Below, piece by piece: positions 62,031-64,000 of a stretch of DNA of 64,000 nt. Source of the DNA: an uncultured Desulfatitalea sp. (lineage in GTDB: Bacteria > Desulfobacterota > Desulfobacteria > Desulfobacterales > Desulfosarcinaceae); the NCBI GenBank assembly GCA_963668675.2, contig CAXXMB010000002.1, positions 1,056,001 through 1,120,000 of the forward strand. Reading direction: 5' to 3'. The stretch's first letter is position 1. Each line of letters starts with the position of its first letter. A program made the translations under genes and the position numbers. The notes under the pieces are model-generated. The model had not been told where the DNA came from. It ran no database searches and saw nothing but the letters and a program-made list of their open reading frames with translations.

Positions 62031-63998
62031 TCATGCAGCTGTTTGGTTGGCCGCCCCATCTTCCGTCGAGGACTCATTCACCTTGCGGATGGAAACAAAA
62101 TGCTCTTGAAACGCCACCGCCCCGCCGGCCGGATCCCACAAATCCAATCCGCCCTGCATGAATTTGTTGTCCGCCAAGCCCTTTCCCCGGGCCCGGCTCT
62201 CCGCAGGACAGGTGTGACCGAACCCGTGGATCACAAAGACCGCTTCGGGATGAATCATGTCGGTCACCTTTGCCGTGATCGTCTCCGAATAGCCGTTCTG
62301 GGAGACGGCCACCCGATCTCCGTCTTCAATCCCCATTCCAGCCGCCGCCGTGGTATTGATCCACAGTACGTTTTCCGGCATCTGCTCGAACAGAAGCGGG
62401 TTGTTCACCGTATGCCCCTGTGTATGGGTGGCGCATCGGCCGAAGGTCAAACGAAATTCGCCTTGCGGTGGGCGCTCGAGTGCCTCATAGGGCATCAGCG
62501 AAGTGATGCCATGGGATTCCAGATGGCCGGAGACCATCTCGATTTTGCCGCTGGGGGTCTTGAAGGAGAGCTGGTCCCGATCCCGATAGACCGGCCCGTC
62601 ACTCAGGTAGACCATTCCGGTGGCTGCAAACGCATCGGGACTCACTCCGGTCTCTTCCAGCTGAAAACGCCAAATATCCTCAATGCTCTTGCAATCGAGT
62701 TGCGGTAGCCCAAGGCGGCGGGCCAGGCCGCCGACGATTTTCCAATCGGCCAGGGTGTCGTAACACGGCTCCACAGCGCGCTGGCGCGCGAAGAAGTAGG
62801 GTCGCAAGGCGTTTTTGCAGGCCAGCACGCACTCGCGCTCCAGGTAGGTTGACAAAGGCAGCACCACGTCTGCGAACCAGGCCGTATCCGACCAGCTGAA
62901 GGTGACCGCCACCAACAGATCCAGGCGGTCTAAAATTCGTTTGAGATGATCCGGATCGGGAAAACCCATCAGCGGATCGTGCCGGTAGGCGATGTAGGCC
63001 TTCACCGGGTATGGGTTGTCGGTTTCCATGGCCTTGAACATCAGGTGGGCCATCCCCGGCCCCTTGTCGAAATGGGTATAGCGCCAACCGACGCCGTCGG
63101 CACGTTTCTCCTCAGGTGCCGGAAACAGATCCATGAACTTTTTCAACCCGTTGCGGCCCACATCCCCGGGTTTATTAACCAGAGGCAACCCGCCTTTGGT
63201 GCCAAAGGCCCCCAACAGCGCATTGATCATATAGATGGACCGGCACACATAAAACGAGTGGCGGTAGCGCGCCGTCATCCAGCCGGGATGCCAGATCACC
63301 GCGGGCGCCGCATCGGCCAGCCGACGTACGAACTGGCGCAGGTGATCGGCCGCAATGCCTGTCTCGGTCTCGGCCCACTCAGGCGTGTAGGGTTCGATGA
63401 ATTGCGTCAGGTCGTCCACACCTTGGATATAACGGTCGGCATAGGCCACATCGTAGAGCCGCTCTTTGATCAGCACGTGGATGACGGCAAGGTTGAAGGC
63501 ATAATCGGTCCCCGGTCGTAGCATGAAAAAATCGTGGGCCTTGGTGGACGACACGTTGGCCCGGATATCGATCACGCTCAGCCGGCATCCCTTTTCCATG
63601 GCCGCCATCAAGGTATTGACCTCCTGGACGTCCACGGCTTCGAAAATGTTTCGCGTCTGCAAGACAACATGGCGCGCGTGGGCATAGTCGTAGACCACGC
63701 CTTTGCGGCCCAGCCCGGTCACGGACAAGTTGGCATGCTGCACGTTTCGCGCACAGGAGCCGTCGTGATTACAATAGTTGGGCGATCCCAGACCTCTCAA
63801 CAAGGCCCGGTGCATATCCCTAAAGGGGCCGCCCCGGTCGGTCATGGCAACGGTGCGGGCGCCGTGCTCGGCGATTACCACCTTGAGGCGATCGGCCACA
63901 AAATCGAAGGCTTCGTCCCAACTCACCTGACGCCAGCGCCCCTCGCCACGCTCCCCTTGACGAATCAGAGGGGCCTGGGGTCTTTCAGAATCCTCGAC
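62031..63998 (-). CDS. Molybdopterin oxidoreductase catalytic subunit, thiosulfate/polysulfide reductase (PhsA/PsrA)-like, 5'-truncated by window edge
   Basis: Frame open to the window end (RPQAPLIRQGERGEGRWRQVSWDEA). NHDGSC Cys ligand, RPGTDYA, SDTAWFADVVLP, FKTPSGKIE, HTQGHT, HGFGH. Confidence 0.88.
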   Translation of the reverse strand, partial: VEDSERPQAPLIRQGERGEGRWRQVSWDEAFDFVADRLKVVIAEHGARTVAMTDRGGPFRDMHRALLRGLGSPNYCNHDGSCARNVQHANLSVTGLGRKGVVYDYAHARHVVLQTRNIFEAVDVQEVNTLMAAMEKGCRLSVIDIRANVSSTKAHDFFMLRPGTDYAFNLAVIHVLIKERLYDVAYADRYIQGVDDLTQFIEPYTPEWAETETGIAADHLRQFVRRLADAAPAVIWHPGWMTARYRHSFYVCRSIYMINALLGAFGTKGGLPLVNKPGDVGRNGLKKFMDLFPAPEEKRADGVGWRYTHFDKGPGMAHLMFKAMETDNPYPVKAYIAYRHDPLMGFPDPDHLKRILDRLDLLVAVTFSWSDTAWFADVVLPLSTYLERECVLACKNALRPYFFARQRAVEPCYDTLADWKIVGGLARRLGLPQLDCKSIEDIWRFQLEETGVSPDAFAATGMVYLSDGPVYRDRDQLSFKTPSGKIEMVSGHLESHGITSLMPYEALERPPQGEFRLTFGRCATHTQGHTVNNPLLFEQMPENVLWINTTAAAGMGIEDGDRVAVSQNGYSETITAKVTDMIHPEAVFVIHGFGHTCPAESRARGKGLADNKFMQGGLDLWDPAGGAVAFQEHFVSIRKVNESSTEDGAANQTAA

Positions 63999-64000
63999 CA

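Overview
A GC-rich bacterial chromosomal segment. The gene content (selenocysteine formate dehydrogenase, PhsA/PsrA-like molybdoenzyme, 4-hydroxybutyryl-CoA dehydratase-like enzyme, core methionine synthase, HDOD/GGDEF signalling) suggests an anaerobic sulfate-reducer-like organism such as Desulfobacterota; this is an inference. In order, the window holds: an MSHA-like type IV filament locus split into two convergent halves (1-7944); mixed housekeeping and transport genes; a Hanks-type kinase with a TolB-like propeller; an AT-richer patch (21.6-23.0 kb) with an AAA ATPase, a densely structured non-coding stretch and a decayed group II intron 3' end; an RND efflux operon; a TetR-linked acyl-CoA catabolic cluster; recD2; a MoxR/VWA pair; a core MetE-like gene; a cupredoxin plus adenylate cyclase pair; a two-component/c-di-GMP cascade; and a Mo/Se block (cysteine desulfurase or Sec-lyase-like enzyme, modABC, Sec-containing fdhA read through an in-frame TGA with a SECIS-like hairpin, partial PhsA-like gene). 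Several intergenic repeat or MITE-like elements are visible. No rRNA, tRNA or CRISPR array was found. All product calls come from motif recognition by eye, with no database search.
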